Source: Epithemia pelagica
Lineage: Eukaryota; Protista; Bacillariophyta
NCBI GenBank assembly: GCA_946965045.2
Contig: OX337241.1
Location: forward strand, 2,170,001 to 2,234,000
Direction: 5' to 3'
DNA length: 64,000 nucleotides
Shown here: piece by piece, positions 1-11,118 of the stretch
How positions within the stretch are numbered: position 1 is the first letter of the stretch
How the letters are laid out: every line of letters starts with the position of its first letter
The notes under the pieces: generated by a model
The model's input: only the letters and a program-made list of their open reading frames with translations
Told to the model about the DNA's origin: nothing
Databases searched by the model: none
Made by a program: the position numbers and the translations under genes

Positions 1-1340
1 GATTGATAACTCTGGGCCAACCGGACCAAATGGGTTCCATTCTGCGTCGCGGTCGCCAAGCGACTGGTCCAACTGGGCACAAGGGGACGAAAGGTTTCTT
101 GCAAGACGAGGGCCAACACGGTGGGAACGACATGGGCATGACTTGTTCCAAAGACGGCGGTCGCTTGGCGACGTTCTTCTTGCAACAATTGCAAGACGGA
201 TTCAAACCAGGTGGGCAACCATTCGGTAAAGACACGACCCGCAGCATGCTCCTCGTGTGGTGCTTGGTGTGGTGGTAGGGCAACGTTGTTGTTGTTGTCG
301 TGGTCGTTGGTGGGAGGTGCCGTATAATCAAACCAGGCCTTGTGCACGGCCTTGGGTCGACTGGCCACATATTGTTGCACCAGGGTATCCAACAAGTGCA
401 ATTGCGCATAGAGACTGACACATTGTTGCAAGGGTCCCAACCGCGACGAGGACGACGACTGGAGGGCATGATGCAATTGCGGGGTCAAGAGATTGGAAAT
501 TTGGACCCGTACCTTGGTCAAGGCCACGGTCCGATCTTGCACATGGGGCATGCCCCGCAAGGCATGTTCGCCCTGTTCCAACAAAGCCAATTTTTGAACC
601 GCCAAGGGCAAGTTGCTGGCCAAAGGAGCCGCCGGTGTTGTTGTGGTTGTGGTCGTTGTGGCAGGGTCCTTGGCGGCAGGTGCCAAGAGGGGCGGAATTT
701 CGGCCAAGGTGGTATCCCACGTGGCGGCGGCAGTCAAGATTTCATGAGTCCGTTTCAAATTGGCTTGCAAGGCATGCAAAGTGGACAAGGTTTCCAAGGA
801 CGACGATGACGACGATGAAGTGGACTCCATGGGTTCTCCACTGGACGACGACGACAATGTCGCGTCCCCATGACCACGATGACTCGATCCACTCGTGGTG
901 GCGGCTTGCAAGAGAGCCGAGGCATCGTGTTGCAAGGCTTGCAATCCCACACCGATGCGTCCCACATCGGCATGACAGCGTGGTAAAATGGCTTGCAATT
1001 CGGCTCCAATGCGACCAATTTCTTCGTGACAAAATTGAGTTTGCAATTGCAATTGCAAGGCCAATTCTGCCATGCGTTGTTGTTGCCAATCGTCGTCGGC
1101 AGCATGATTGGAGGAATGCTTGGTACTGGAGGCAGTAGTAGGTTTGGTGTTGGTGGCTTGCAAGGCCAAATTCAAATAGGCCGCCGTCGAAAAGCCATTC
1201 TTGTTCTCATCATCGTCGTTCGTGTTGGAAGCGGGCAATGCCAAGAGGGCCAACAATTGTTCTTCCACCGTGGCCGTACTACTGGACACGGACGACGACA
1301 CACTGGTCGAGGAGACTCTGGTGGTCGCAGGAGTGGTCAT
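1..1340 (-). CDS. COG7: Conserved oligomeric Golgi complex subunit 7, N-terminal part; runs off the window start
   Basis: Stop-free minus frame from ATG 1340 to the window edge, absent from the ORF track because it has no stop. Translation FSTAAYLNLAL...RMAELALQLQLQTQFCHEEIGRIGAELQAILPRCHADV...TWDTTLAEI resembles the COG7 N-terminus (FDVKEWIN...LVMKLQL...LPKVLRDV). Confidence 0.72.
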   Translation of the reverse strand, partial: MTTPATTRVSSTSVSSSVSSSTATVEEQLLALLALPASNTNDDDENKNGFSTAAYLNLALQATNTKPTTASSTKHSSNHAADDDWQQQRMAELALQLQLQTQFCHEEIGRIGAELQAILPRCHADVGRIGVGLQALQHDASALLQAATTSGSSHRGHGDATLSSSSSGEPMESTSSSSSSSLETLSTLHALQANLKRTHEILTAAATWDTTLAEIPPLLAPAAKDPATTTTTTTTPAAPLASNLPLAVQKLALLEQGEHALRGMPHVQDRTVALTKVRVQISNLLTPQLHHALQSSSSSRLGPLQQCVSLYAQLHLLDTLVQQYVASRPKAVHKAWFDYTAPPTNDHDNNNNVALPPHQAPHEEHAAGRVFTEWLPTWFESVLQLLQEERRQATAVFGTSHAHVVPTVLALVLQETFRPLVPSWTSRLATATQNGTHLVRLAQSYQ

Positions 1341-1935
1341 GATCCGTAGGTTTTGTGGTGCACCTTTTTTTGTGGTCGTTCTTCTCCTTCCTCTGTTCTC
1401 CCCGACAGCCCCAGAATCTCAACAATCTGCGGCACGAAACAGCAATCGACAAGAACCTTGCACCACGAGGACAGACACAGAAAGAAGATCCTCTTCCCTT
1501 GTTGACGTCCTGGTCAAGCTTGGATGTTGGAAGTTGGAATTGTGACAGACCAGAAGAATCTGGGGGTCGGGGGGTCATTTGGAACGACACGCCCCCTTTT
1601 TAGGTGGGGGTTCTTTTCCATGACGTCATAAAAAAAACGACCTTGAAGCGACCACTGATTCCCACCATATTAATATTATGGTTTTCGTGGGAACAGCGCA
1701 GAAAAAGAAGGAATCTGGATGTCCTTCTGTCGGACCGAATTCTGCCAACACACGAAACGAACGAACGTCGTCGTCGCCGCCGCCGCCATGTTTTGGGGTT
1801 CCAGAAATCACATTACGCAACAACAACAAACTCACAGAGCAACAACAGAACTGCAACCTGCAACATCTTCTTCTTCTTTGGCGTTTCCCCCACCAAACCA
1901 AACTATCCAACCAACCAACCCTCTCGATTACCACA

Positions 1936-2592
1936 ATGACAGTATCGATTCGCACCTTTGTGTTCTTGTTATGGGTCTGGCGTTGCGTCACCACCAGCCA
2001 TGCTTGGACGACGACAACGACAACGAACTCCCGATCCACCACCACAACATGCTTGTCCATGGCGGGTCCAGCCACTGTGGAACCACCCACACGAGAACGC
2101 ACCGATCGCAAACAGGGCACCAATGATCGTACCAGACGACGACCCAGAGAGTTTGACGACGACGACGACTTCAACGATGACAAGAACGACGACGACAATT
2201 ACGACGATTTGGAATACTTGATGGATCCCAATGAAAGTCGCGAGATGGAAGATCCCTTTCACATTTTGTTATTGGGCAGTACGTTTGAAAAACCCAAAGT
2301 GACCGTCCCCTATGTCAGTTCCACCTTGGAATATGTCATCAACATGCCCGCCTTGGAAGCGGTCGAACAAGCCCAATTTGCCAAATTGCAAGGCTTGAGT
2401 TGTTTGGGCACGTGGCCCCGTGAGGAATGTTTGTCGCTGGGACGACAATTGCAAGTCCGCGACATTGTGTGTCGCGTCGTTCCCTATTGCGAAGGCGGAC
2501 AACGAGGATGGCAAGCCAAGGATGTGTCATCGTCGTCGTCGTCATCCAATAGCAACAACAGTCCCAGCAACAGCAATGGAGCCTTTTGGTAA
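1936..2592 (+). CDS. ClpS-like (Clp protease adaptor fold) protein, probably plastid-targeted
   Basis: ATG 1936 gives a signal-peptide-like MTVSIRTFVFLLWVWRCVTTSHA-W followed by a Thr/Ser-rich transit-like segment. The C-terminal HILLL...VPYVSSTLEYVINMP..EA......QGLSCLGTWPREEC...L...IVCRVVP follows the ClpS pattern. Confidence 0.55.
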   Translation: MTVSIRTFVFLLWVWRCVTTSHAWTTTTTTNSRSTTTTCLSMAGPATVEPPTRERTDRKQGTNDRTRRRPREFDDDDDFNDDKNDDDNYDDLEYLMDPNESREMEDPFHILLLGSTFEKPKVTVPYVSSTLEYVINMPALEAVEQAQFAKLQGLSCLGTWPREECLSLGRQLQVRDIVCRVVPYCEGGQRGWQAKDVSSSSSSSNSNNSPSNSNGAFW

Positions 2593-3005
2593 CTTAGTTT
2601 TGGGGAATAGACACACACTCGCCAACCCACACGACGATCCAACAAACTGTGTTTACAACGCTCCCAAACTGGACCATGTGGAATGACCTTGCTAGATCGC
2701 TCCAACACCAGGTTGACTGTTCTCTAGAGTAGGAAATTGAATGGTGAACGTTGGAATAGAATATAGCCTTGAATGTTGTCGTCCTTGTTGTCTCTTATGC
2801 TCGGACTTGTCCTTCCAGAGGTGTCTTAGTTTTATTTTGTCGAGCGGTTTTTAGTACCATTCTCCTTGGGTTGCCCCATTTCTACCGGGCATAGAGATGC
2901 AAGGCTCGACAATCCTCCTAGCCGCCATACTAGTATCCTACGTCGTTTCCCCGAGAACCATGCCACGAGATCTCCCAAGCACTATATGTAGTCCTTGTAG
3001 TTAGT

Positions 3006-4691
3006 TTAATCAAATGTTATTTTGGTACCCGAAAATTCAGCAATCCCACCACTTTTCTTGGCCTTGGCCGAAGATGGTGGTCCGCCCCCTCGTCCTCCTC
3101 GACCGCCACCAAACCCTCGACCACCACCACCACCATTTCGCATATACCCTCGACCACCACCACCACCGCCACCACCACGGCCACCACCACCCGAACTGGG
3201 AAATCCACCACCACCACCACTTTGGCGTCGATCATTGGCATAATCGACACGGACCGGACGACCCAAAACGTCCTTGCCCGCCAAGGCGACTGCCTTGTCC
3301 GTCGCTTCGGTATTGACAAATTCAATGTGTCCAAATCCTTTAAAGTCCCCCGTTTCTCGATCGGTGGCAAATCGAACATGCGAAATTTCACCACATTCGG
3401 CAAAGGCCTCTCGCAAACTATCCTCGTCAATTTGAAACGACAAATTGCCCACAAAGACGGTCAAACAGCCCTCTTGTTTGGGCGTGGCTTGTCGGGGTGT
3501 CATGATTGGCAGGGGCGTCGAATATTTGATGGACAACCACCGACCTTGAAAATCTTGTCCATTCATGGCCAAGGCCGCTTCCGCCTCTTGGGTGGTACCA
3601 TATTCCACAATGGCCGTCCCACTACTCCGACCATCGTCTTGCAAGGGCAATTCCAAACTCACAATGTCTCCACACGAGGCAAATAAGGTACGAACTTCGT
3701 CTTCGGTAGCCTTCCAGGGCAAGCCACGGACGTAGAGTTTCTTGTTGGTAGTATCACCGTTGTCATTGTCACTGGTCCCCAGCTTTTTCTGGACAGGAGT
3801 CGCCATTGGAGTGTCGGGTTCCTTGCGCTTCTTGGAGGGGGGTTCCGTCTTCATTTGCTCTTCCTCGTCCGAGCTATCGTCGTCATCGTCGGAACTGTCA
3901 TCCTTTTTGGCTTTTTTCGTCTCTGGTTTCTTTGTTTCTTTTTCATCCTCGTCGTCATCGCTATCGTCTGACGAACTGTCATCACTATCGTCGTCGTCAT
4001 CGTCCTTCTTCTTGTCTTGTGTGGCGGCAGTGGCTTTCTTTTCCTTGTCGTCGTCATCGTCGTCACTACTGTCGTCTGAGGAACTGTCGTCATCACTATC
4101 GTCATCCTTCTTCTTCTTGTCTTGTTTGCCAGCTGTAGCTTTCTTGTTCTTGTTGTCATCATCACTGTCGTCCTCGGACGAAGAATCATCGTCGGAGGAG
4201 GAATCGTCGTCCTTGGCGGCGGCTGGTTTTGCCGCCGTTTTGGTTACAGCCTTCTTGTCGTCATCATCATCATCATCGGAAGAGCTGTCGTCATCCGAGG
4301 ATGAGTCACCATCATCATCATTATCGTCTTGTTTGGCTTTGATCGCGGCCTTGTCTTGCTTCTTGTCATCATCATCATCATCGTCGTCGTCATCGGACGA
4401 GGAGGAATCATCATCATCATCATCGTCCTTGTCGACGTCCATTTTGGTGGGTTCCTTTGCTTCGGGCGCACTGCTGCTGTCCTCCGAAGAACTACTGTCG
4501 TCGTCCTTTTTCACTGGTTTCTTCTTGGTGTTATTTTTGTGCGACGACGAGGCAATTTGATCCATGGCCTGTTGGGCTTGCCGCAAGGCTCGTTGGGCCA
4601 ATTTCGCAGCCTCTTCCGCGGCACGTTGTGCGGCTTGGGCCGCTTCCAATGCGGCCTTGGCCTGTTGTTCCGTCGCGACGGCCGCCACCAT
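3006..4691 (-). CDS. NSR1: Nucleolin/Nsr1/Gar2-like nucleolar RNA-binding protein
   Basis: Alternating acidic D/S and basic tracts, two RRMs (LYVRGLPW...SGTAIVEY; VFVGNLSF...KGFGHIEF), an RGG box and the C-terminal GKKITFD-like SGTKITFD. Confidence 0.9.
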   Translation of the reverse strand: MVAAVATEQQAKAALEAAQAAQRAAEEAAKLAQRALRQAQQAMDQIASSSHKNNTKKKPVKKDDDSSSSEDSSSAPEAKEPTKMDVDKDDDDDDDSSSSDDDDDDDDDDKKQDKAAIKAKQDDNDDDGDSSSDDDSSSDDDDDDDKKAVTKTAAKPAAAKDDDSSSDDDSSSEDDSDDDNKNKKATAGKQDKKKKDDDSDDDSSSDDSSDDDDDDKEKKATAATQDKKKDDDDDDSDDSSSDDSDDDEDEKETKKPETKKAKKDDSSDDDDDSSDEEEQMKTEPPSKKRKEPDTPMATPVQKKLGTSDNDNGDTTNKKLYVRGLPWKATEDEVRTLFASCGDIVSLELPLQDDGRSSGTAIVEYGTTQEAEAALAMNGQDFQGRWLSIKYSTPLPIMTPRQATPKQEGCLTVFVGNLSFQIDEDSLREAFAECGEISHVRFATDRETGDFKGFGHIEFVNTEATDKAVALAGKDVLGRPVRVDYANDRRQSGGGGGFPSSGGGGRGGGGGGGGRGYMRNGGGGGRGFGGGRGGRGGGPPSSAKAKKSGGIAEFSGTKITFD

Positions 4692-5057
4692 GGTATAGAA
4701 TATCAACGAGAAAAAAGATTCTATGAAAAATGAAAATCTGGGAGATGGATGGTGCTCTGGGATGGCTCGTGGGAAACGGCGGTCAGACCGTAAGGCGTCC
4801 GTTCATGGTACGTAATATCCGGGTCGCTTTTCGGTGGTTGCTTTCACCATTCATTTTTGCATCAACTCATCTCTCAAGAAAGGGGCAAGACACCTTCTTG
4901 TGTGTGTGTTGGTATCTCTCGTCTCGGATCCACATCTCCTCTCTACCTCTAGGTAGGTAGATTCGGCTTGACCAGTGCAACTCGTGCCGTGTGTGTCACG
5001 TGTACCGGAGGGGGGGAAGAGAAACCAAACAAAGGAACCAACAACATTCACAAACCA

Positions 5058-5693
5058 ATGTCGTCGTCCCCGGCGGTCCTGACGGCGGCCGATACCCGGA
5101 ATTTGGCGTGGAAATCCAACAATGTGGGTGCCAAATTGTTGCACAAAATGGGATGGCGGGAAGGACAAGGGGTGGGCAAACGACCTCGACGACAACGACA
5201 ACCATCGGACGACGACGACGACAACAAAGCCGTCGACACGTCGACCGAAGGCTTGCGTGTCCAACGACGGGCGCAAGGATTGGGATTGGGGGCCACCGCT
5301 ACGACCGTGGCATCGACACATGTGGTGGCGGAATTCTCCAGTCTCTTGGCCGATTTGAATCAACATCATGACACCAAACCCAAGAAAGTATCCCAACGAC
5401 GACGACCAGAACCACAATCGTCGTCCGGCGTGGTTTCCTTTGCCACCAACAAGTCGACGCATGCCAAAGTCCGACGATCCAAATTTCAACAACGGTCCGC
5501 TGAGGATCTGCATGCCATTTTTGCCGGTGCGGCTCCCACTTCTACCACGCCTACAGAGGAGGATACGACTCGCGAGACGACGAAGACGACGAGTCGAAAA
5601 AAACGCAAACCAGAGGAATCCCAGGAAGTGTTGACCGAGAAACCCAAGACAAAAAAGAAGAAAAAGAAAAAGTCGAAACAAAAGGAGGCCTGA
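5058..5693 (+). CDS. PINX1: G-patch protein, PINX1/Gno1-like
   Basis: N-terminal G-patch (NVGAKLLHKMGWREGQGVG...GLGLG), AEDLHAIF motif and a lysine-rich KKKKKK tail. Confidence 0.7.
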   Translation: MSSSPAVLTAADTRNLAWKSNNVGAKLLHKMGWREGQGVGKRPRRQRQPSDDDDDNKAVDTSTEGLRVQRRAQGLGLGATATTVASTHVVAEFSSLLADLNQHHDTKPKKVSQRRRPEPQSSSGVVSFATNKSTHAKVRRSKFQQRSAEDLHAIFAGAAPTSTTPTEEDTTRETTKTTSRKKRKPEESQEVLTEKPKTKKKKKKKSKQKEA

Positions 5694-5782
5694 ATCCATT
5701 CCAGGCAAGTGATACATGTATATATTTTTTTAGACTCTCTATTATAGCTCTATGTCTCTTGAATCTATAGCATGGTATGGTC

Positions 5783-6814
5783 TTATTCTCCGAGTGGTGC
5801 CAACCCTAATTTGGCTCGCTCCTTGTTCCAATACTCTTTGGATTCTCGATCGTCCTCTATTCTGGATGTCGATGATGATGTTGTTGTTGGTGTGGTGGTG
5901 GAAGGTTGTTCTTTGAACAAGCGATTCAATTTGGGCTTCTTTGGTTTCTTTTTCTTGGTTTGGTTCGTCCAATCTTGTTCCTCCTCCTCGCCCTCCTCCA
6001 ATGTCTTGGTGGTGGTATCGGGTCGATCGTATTTGGAATACTGGTCCTTCCACACTTGAACGGCTGCGGGACAGTGTTCGACCAAGGCCTTGTATTTGAG
6101 ATAGGCCAAGGGTCCCTTGTGATGGTCCAACTTGTCTTGCAAGGCGGTCGGTCGTACCCGTCGGTAATGTTGCGCACTCGACACAAAAAAATCTTCGTCT
6201 TCCTCGTCCTCCTCGTCAGTGTCGCCGTGTTCTTCCAATCCTTCCTCCGGTAACGGCAAATAGCCGGCTTCTTGCAAGGCGTGTCGTTGGGGCAACCGTG
6301 GCAAGGCAATCCCCGCCACGGTCGTGGCCGTTAACAATTCGTGAATGTACTCGTCCATAAATCCAATCGTTTGATTACTGTTGGAACTGCTGTGTCGATC
6401 CTCGACGCGTCGTAGTTTGCGTCGATCCGCGTACAAGGCTTGAAGGGTCAAATAAATGTCGGCCGGTCGACCCGTCAAGCGCAGATACAAGGCCCCCAAG
6501 GCGCGGGTATATTTGAATTCCTCTTGGTGCACAAAACTTTGGACAATCAGGTCGGGTTCCGGATGCAATTGCAACAATTTCAACGTCAAGGCCAAGAAAT
6601 TGGCATGACCAATCGCCACGGGACCTTGTGCATGTTCTTGGTGTGAAGTGGATTTGTGGGTGGATTCTTGCAAGACATTTTGGACCGTCAATCCAAAACA
6701 GGTTTCTTTCCAATAGCGGGAATCGTAAATGCGTTGACGTGTCAAGTATTCCATCAAGTTTTGGGGATCGCTCCCCGAAACTTGCGAGATTAATGGATCG
6801 GTACGGTTCGCCAT
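5783..6814 (-). CDS. PRP38: Pre-mRNA-splicing factor 38
   Basis: MANRTDP...GSDPQNLMEYLTRQRIYDSRYWKETCFGLT, FKYTRALGALYLRL, DRRKLR, MDEYIHELL and the C-terminal YWNKERAKLGLAPL. Confidence 0.93.
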   Translation of the reverse strand: MANRTDPLISQVSGSDPQNLMEYLTRQRIYDSRYWKETCFGLTVQNVLQESTHKSTSHQEHAQGPVAIGHANFLALTLKLLQLHPEPDLIVQSFVHQEEFKYTRALGALYLRLTGRPADIYLTLQALYADRRKLRRVEDRHSSSNSNQTIGFMDEYIHELLTATTVAGIALPRLPQRHALQEAGYLPLPEEGLEEHGDTDEEDEEDEDFFVSSAQHYRRVRPTALQDKLDHHKGPLAYLKYKALVEHCPAAVQVWKDQYSKYDRPDTTTKTLEEGEEEEQDWTNQTKKKKPKKPKLNRLFKEQPSTTTPTTTSSSTSRIEDDRESKEYWNKERAKLGLAPLGE

Positions 6815-7066
6815 GGTCTCGAAGGTTTTTGTTTGCGAGTTGCGGAGAATGGTGAAGGGGCGCCCATGAGAATGTCCATTTCCGCCTCGGGGCGACGGAC
6901 GCATGACAGGCTCAACTCAGTCGCTCTTTGAAACGCATAGGAGTCGCTCAAAACACATCAGAAAGATTTTTGTGGCGATACGACAATGGTCCACATCCAC
7001 AATCCTGACAAAACCAACCACAACCACACCCCTCTTAGTATTTCTCTTTCACGTGATTCCAGCAGC

Positions 7067-9079
7067 ATGGTCAGGAGCGAATGGGGATCCTCCTCCTCCC
7101 AGGACGTTTCCACCAACGTCCGCCGCATCGTATGTTTCTTGTGGACAGCATGGCAACTGGGAGGCTCATCGATAATTGGAGTCATGGCATTTCCATCCCC
7201 TGGATCCTCCGTGGTCGGAACCACAAGTAGTAGTAGCGCCCGTACGACACTACGGTCCACGCATCCGACTGCATCCAACGAGGAGAGCTTGTCTCCTCCT
7301 CCCAGTACGGCCGATACCGAATGGGGTCAAGCCATTGCCAAACCCACCGATTCTTTGGCAGTCGTAGACTCGTCCCAGATCCAAGACGACGATGAGGAAG
7401 ATGTCGAAACGGTCGATCTTGCCATTGTGGGTGGTGGATTGGCGGGATTGGCTGTGGCCGTGGGACTCCAACAACTCCAAACCAACCACCACAACGATAC
7501 GACGACACTCGGCCATCACAACTTGCAAAAAATTGTCATTTACGAACGAGCTCCTCACTTGCGATCGTCCAGTCAAGGTGTGGTGGGTCTGGATCCCAAT
7601 GGATTGCGAGCCTTGCATCACATTCATGCCGACTTGCCCCGACTCTTGACCCAGGCCGGGTGTGTGTCGCAACATTTTCGCGGGACGCGAGTCGATGCGC
7701 AAGGAACTCGAGAGGAAATCATCATGCCCCAAAATGCTTCCACTACTCCAACCACAACTACTGCTACGGGCAACTCGACTGCCACATCCGCATCGTCGTC
7801 GTCATCGTCGTCATCATCCTTTGAGTTTACGATTCTCGCGTGGAGTCGCATTCAACAAACCTTGGCGACGGTCCTGTTTGGAACCCAAACGAATGACACT
7901 CCTGACAAAACAGAAGAAGAACAAGATCAAGATGCGTCTCTGACCTTGGTGACGAATTGTTCCCTCTCGTACTTTGTGGACCATCCCGACTGCGACCATG
8001 TGGTGTTGCAGTTTGACAATGGCAAGAGGGTTCGTGCCAAGGCTGTCTTGGCCTGTGATGGAGTCTTTTCCGTCGCACGACGACAAATTCATGCCCAATA
8101 TCGTGCCCACGAGTTGTCGTCGTCGGACAGTGAGACGGCAGCAACCAACGAGTTGGATCCAAAGAGTGTTACCGACGCGGCGTCCCCGAATGTGGGAGGC
8201 GCCAATTCGGCACACCTCCAAGACAGTCCCATTTTTTTTGGACAACTCAATTGGGCCACCATTATTCCGACTCACAAACTTCCACCCGGATTGCATGGAA
8301 CCAAGGAACTTCGATATCTGGAGCATGATGGCGAACCACGGTGGATGTCCATGATTATCGATGGGGGCGGTGGCCACCCACCAGAAACACGACAAACCAA
8401 TGACAACGACAAGGATGATGAGACACAGGAGGCCATTACCTTTTGGCAATTCCGCGTTGCCAATCCCGACGTTTCCCTCTCGTTATCGGGGAACAATGGT
8501 CGCGGTGGTTTCGGACTGCCCGGTGTCAAGGACGGATTGTTGCCATTGGCCCGAGCCATTCCCGAGGTGGCGGCCGCCATTTCCGCGACACCCGAAGCTC
8601 AAATTTTTGAACGCTCCATTGTGGGTCGTTTGGTCTTGCCCACGTGGCGATCGCAGGGGGGTGGCCGAGTGGTCTTGGTGGGAGATGCGGCCCATGGACA
8701 ACATCCGAATATTGGTCAAGGGGCCAATTCCGCCTTTGAAAGTGTCGCGGCTCTTTTGGATACCATTCGAACCGAACTACGGAACAAGGCAGTGGAAAAT
8801 CATGACAACGGTTCGAATGGTCCATTGGACTGGAACCGCGTATGGGCCGCCTTTGAAGCGGCGCGCAAACCACGCGCCGATCTGGCACAACGATATGCCA
8901 ACATGATGGGAATCCTCCAAGCGGTGGGTTCCGTCCCATTGACACTGGAACAACGATCGATTGTTCGAACCTGGATTCGATTACCCTGGACGGTAGATGA
9001 GAAACTGCCACCGGAAATTATTGAAATCTTGGAAGCATATGACCCCTTGGAGCAGCCCGGAGTATCTCCTCTCTGGTGA
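7067..9079 (+). CDS. FAD-dependent monooxygenase (zeaxanthin epoxidase/salicylate hydroxylase-like family), copy 1, intact
   Basis: GxGxxG (AIVGGGLAGL..A), DG motif (LACDGVFSVAR) and GD motif (VVLVGDAAHGQHPNIGQGANSAFE). N-terminal signal-like segment ends VMA-FPS. Confidence 0.85.
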   Translation: MVRSEWGSSSSQDVSTNVRRIVCFLWTAWQLGGSSIIGVMAFPSPGSSVVGTTSSSSARTTLRSTHPTASNEESLSPPPSTADTEWGQAIAKPTDSLAVVDSSQIQDDDEEDVETVDLAIVGGGLAGLAVAVGLQQLQTNHHNDTTTLGHHNLQKIVIYERAPHLRSSSQGVVGLDPNGLRALHHIHADLPRLLTQAGCVSQHFRGTRVDAQGTREEIIMPQNASTTPTTTTATGNSTATSASSSSSSSSSFEFTILAWSRIQQTLATVLFGTQTNDTPDKTEEEQDQDASLTLVTNCSLSYFVDHPDCDHVVLQFDNGKRVRAKAVLACDGVFSVARRQIHAQYRAHELSSSDSETAATNELDPKSVTDAASPNVGGANSAHLQDSPIFFGQLNWATIIPTHKLPPGLHGTKELRYLEHDGEPRWMSMIIDGGGGHPPETRQTNDNDKDDETQEAITFWQFRVANPDVSLSLSGNNGRGGFGLPGVKDGLLPLARAIPEVAAAISATPEAQIFERSIVGRLVLPTWRSQGGGRVVLVGDAAHGQHPNIGQGANSAFESVAALLDTIRTELRNKAVENHDNGSNGPLDWNRVWAAFEAARKPRADLAQRYANMMGILQAVGSVPLTLEQRSIVRTWIRLPWTVDEKLPPEIIEILEAYDPLEQPGVSPLW

Positions 9080-9357
9080 GCTAGTCACTAAGACTAACAT
9101 CCCATCTGTCATGTCTGAAGAAATGAAAGAAAGCGATTCAAAGTCGCCTGACGAAATGGGATGGAAAAGAAGCCAAAGCATGAAACAAAGGCAATAGATA
9201 GGCGCGATTCGTAACCAACATATATAGCGTTAAACCACATCGACACACTCAATGCTGATACGGGAACACCGTTTCCCCCAACGTGGAAAACTGAACGATT
9301 GTGTGGATTGACAAATGTTGTCATTATGCTATATACAGGTAGACCAATGGAAGACAC

Positions 9358-10135
9358 GCTACAGCTCGAATTCAACCTTGTTTGTTTCGGAAGCTCCATC
9401 AATTCGTCGTCCGTGATTGTTTCGGCCAGTTTGGTGCGTGTCAACCACACCAGCACGTCAGTCCAGGAATCGGGAAGGGATATCATGAATTGAACGGCAC
9501 CGCTCATACCACCCACGAGATACCGTGTCTGTGGCATGGAGGATCGCATCGCGTGGACCACGGCTCGTGACGTGACACGCGGTGACTGACTGTGATCCAA
9601 AATGGTTTTGGCCACCGATCGCATGCCAATCTCCTCGGTTTGGGCATAGACACCCTTGCCTCGGAACTTGAGGATATCTTGGAAATGAGTCATGATTGGT
9701 GTCATGATGATACCGGGCTCCAAAATGGACACATGGACCCCCAATCCATAGACTTCACGTCGTAAGGAATCCATCATGGCCTCGACGGCATATTTGGAAC
9801 TAGAATAGGCTGACACAAATGGTGTTGCCAGACGACCAGCAATGGATGTGTTGCTCACGATACGTCCTTTGCGACGTCGAATCAAGGGAAGAAAGGCTTG
9901 CGTCACTTGAAGCAAGCCAAAGCAGTTGACTTCAAAGATTTGACGCACGGTCTGCGTTGAAATGTACTCCACACTCAGACCCTCATTGTCTGCAGCCTGT
10001 CCTGAAACACCAGCATTGTTAAATAACCCGTACAAGCCATGGTCGTCGCCCACAATCGATCGGACTTCCTCCACCGCTGCCTGGATTTGTTCTGGCTTGG
10101 TCACATCCAATAAAATCGGCTTGATCTTGGACGGA
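9358..10135 (-). pseudogene. 5'-truncated copy of the SDR gene at 27546-28577
   Basis: Near-identical to the full copy from PSKIKPILLDV onward. Lacks the TGxxxGxG N-terminus and has a 1-bp deletion just before the normal stop. Confidence 0.88.
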
Positions 10136-10988
10136 CGACTCGTAGTACCGCAACAAGACGTGCAAGATAAAGTCCACCAACCATCCAATCGACATGACCA
10201 AGGCAATGTAACTCACGGCATTCACATGAACACCCGCCCATTGCATCACACCCAACAAATCAATGTACAACAAACAAATCATGGGAAGCACAAACAAGGC
10301 TCCCGTCCAATGGGGAATAAATACGAGAGCTACACCCGTCACTGCCACCACTCCCAATACAGTTGTCAAAATGAGCTCGTCCACCGATACGGCATAAAAC
10401 TCCCAAATATCATAAATGCCATCGTAGGAAAAGAACCTCCACTCCGACTGACCGGTATTAATCGGTTGGCGCGAGGTCACGGATCGCTGATCTTTCAAGG
10501 CGTCAATTTGATCGTTCACATCTTCAGTGTCCACATTGTCCATTTGAAGTTCCACACGAGACGCAATAATGTGACCACTCGTCTCATTTCGCACAATGTG
10601 ATCCGCACACAGGTCAAAGTACACAAGATCAGACAAGAAGACGTCCAGTTGCTGCGCAAAGTCCCGTGTCGATAGGGTTCCAGTCTCATCTTGTACCACA
10701 AAAGCTTTAAAGTCACGGAGCCAAAAGAATTCCGGTTGCTCCTCAATCGCAGAAATGGACACAAGATCATTCACATAGGCTTCCATTTGTTCTTGAATAT
10801 CCTCTTGCGACTGATCCACAAAACGAAAGTACGCATAGGGTGCCACCGTACTACGAGCGGTATACTCGTCCAGGGAATCCAAAAAGTCGGTCACATAGGA
10901 ATCGTCTGGCATCACGTCCGAAAACTCAAACTCTTGCGTCAAATTGGATGCACTCACGGAGCAAACAATTGCCAATGCAACAAACGAG
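10134..10988 (-). pseudogene. Internal fragment of the Patched/NPC1-like gene at 30228-33210, fused out of frame to the SDR fragment
   Basis: Near-identical to about 30540-31394 (SFVALAIVCS...LHVLLRYYESS); both ends are missing. Confidence 0.88.
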
Positions 10989-11118
10989 ACAATCACGGTT
11001 ACCGTTTCCTGGACTCCACCACCACGACGATGCAAAGGAGATGTGGTCACGCCACAGCCGTGTCGTGCGTGGGTGGTGGTTCCGAAGGATGAGGATGATG
11101 GGCTGACATGGCTTGTGC

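Noticed and set aside
3014-4733. Long antisense or alternate-frame ORFs over nucleolin (e.g. 3742-4560) and similar shadows over Patched (30369-31973), gag (13992-15038) and COG7 (300-809, 635-1138)
   Set aside because: They are by-products of low-complexity or biased codon usage on the real coding strand.
10019-10206. Functional Patched-SDR fusion protein
   Set aside because: The junction is out of frame, both parts are truncated, and the SDR part has a further frameshift.
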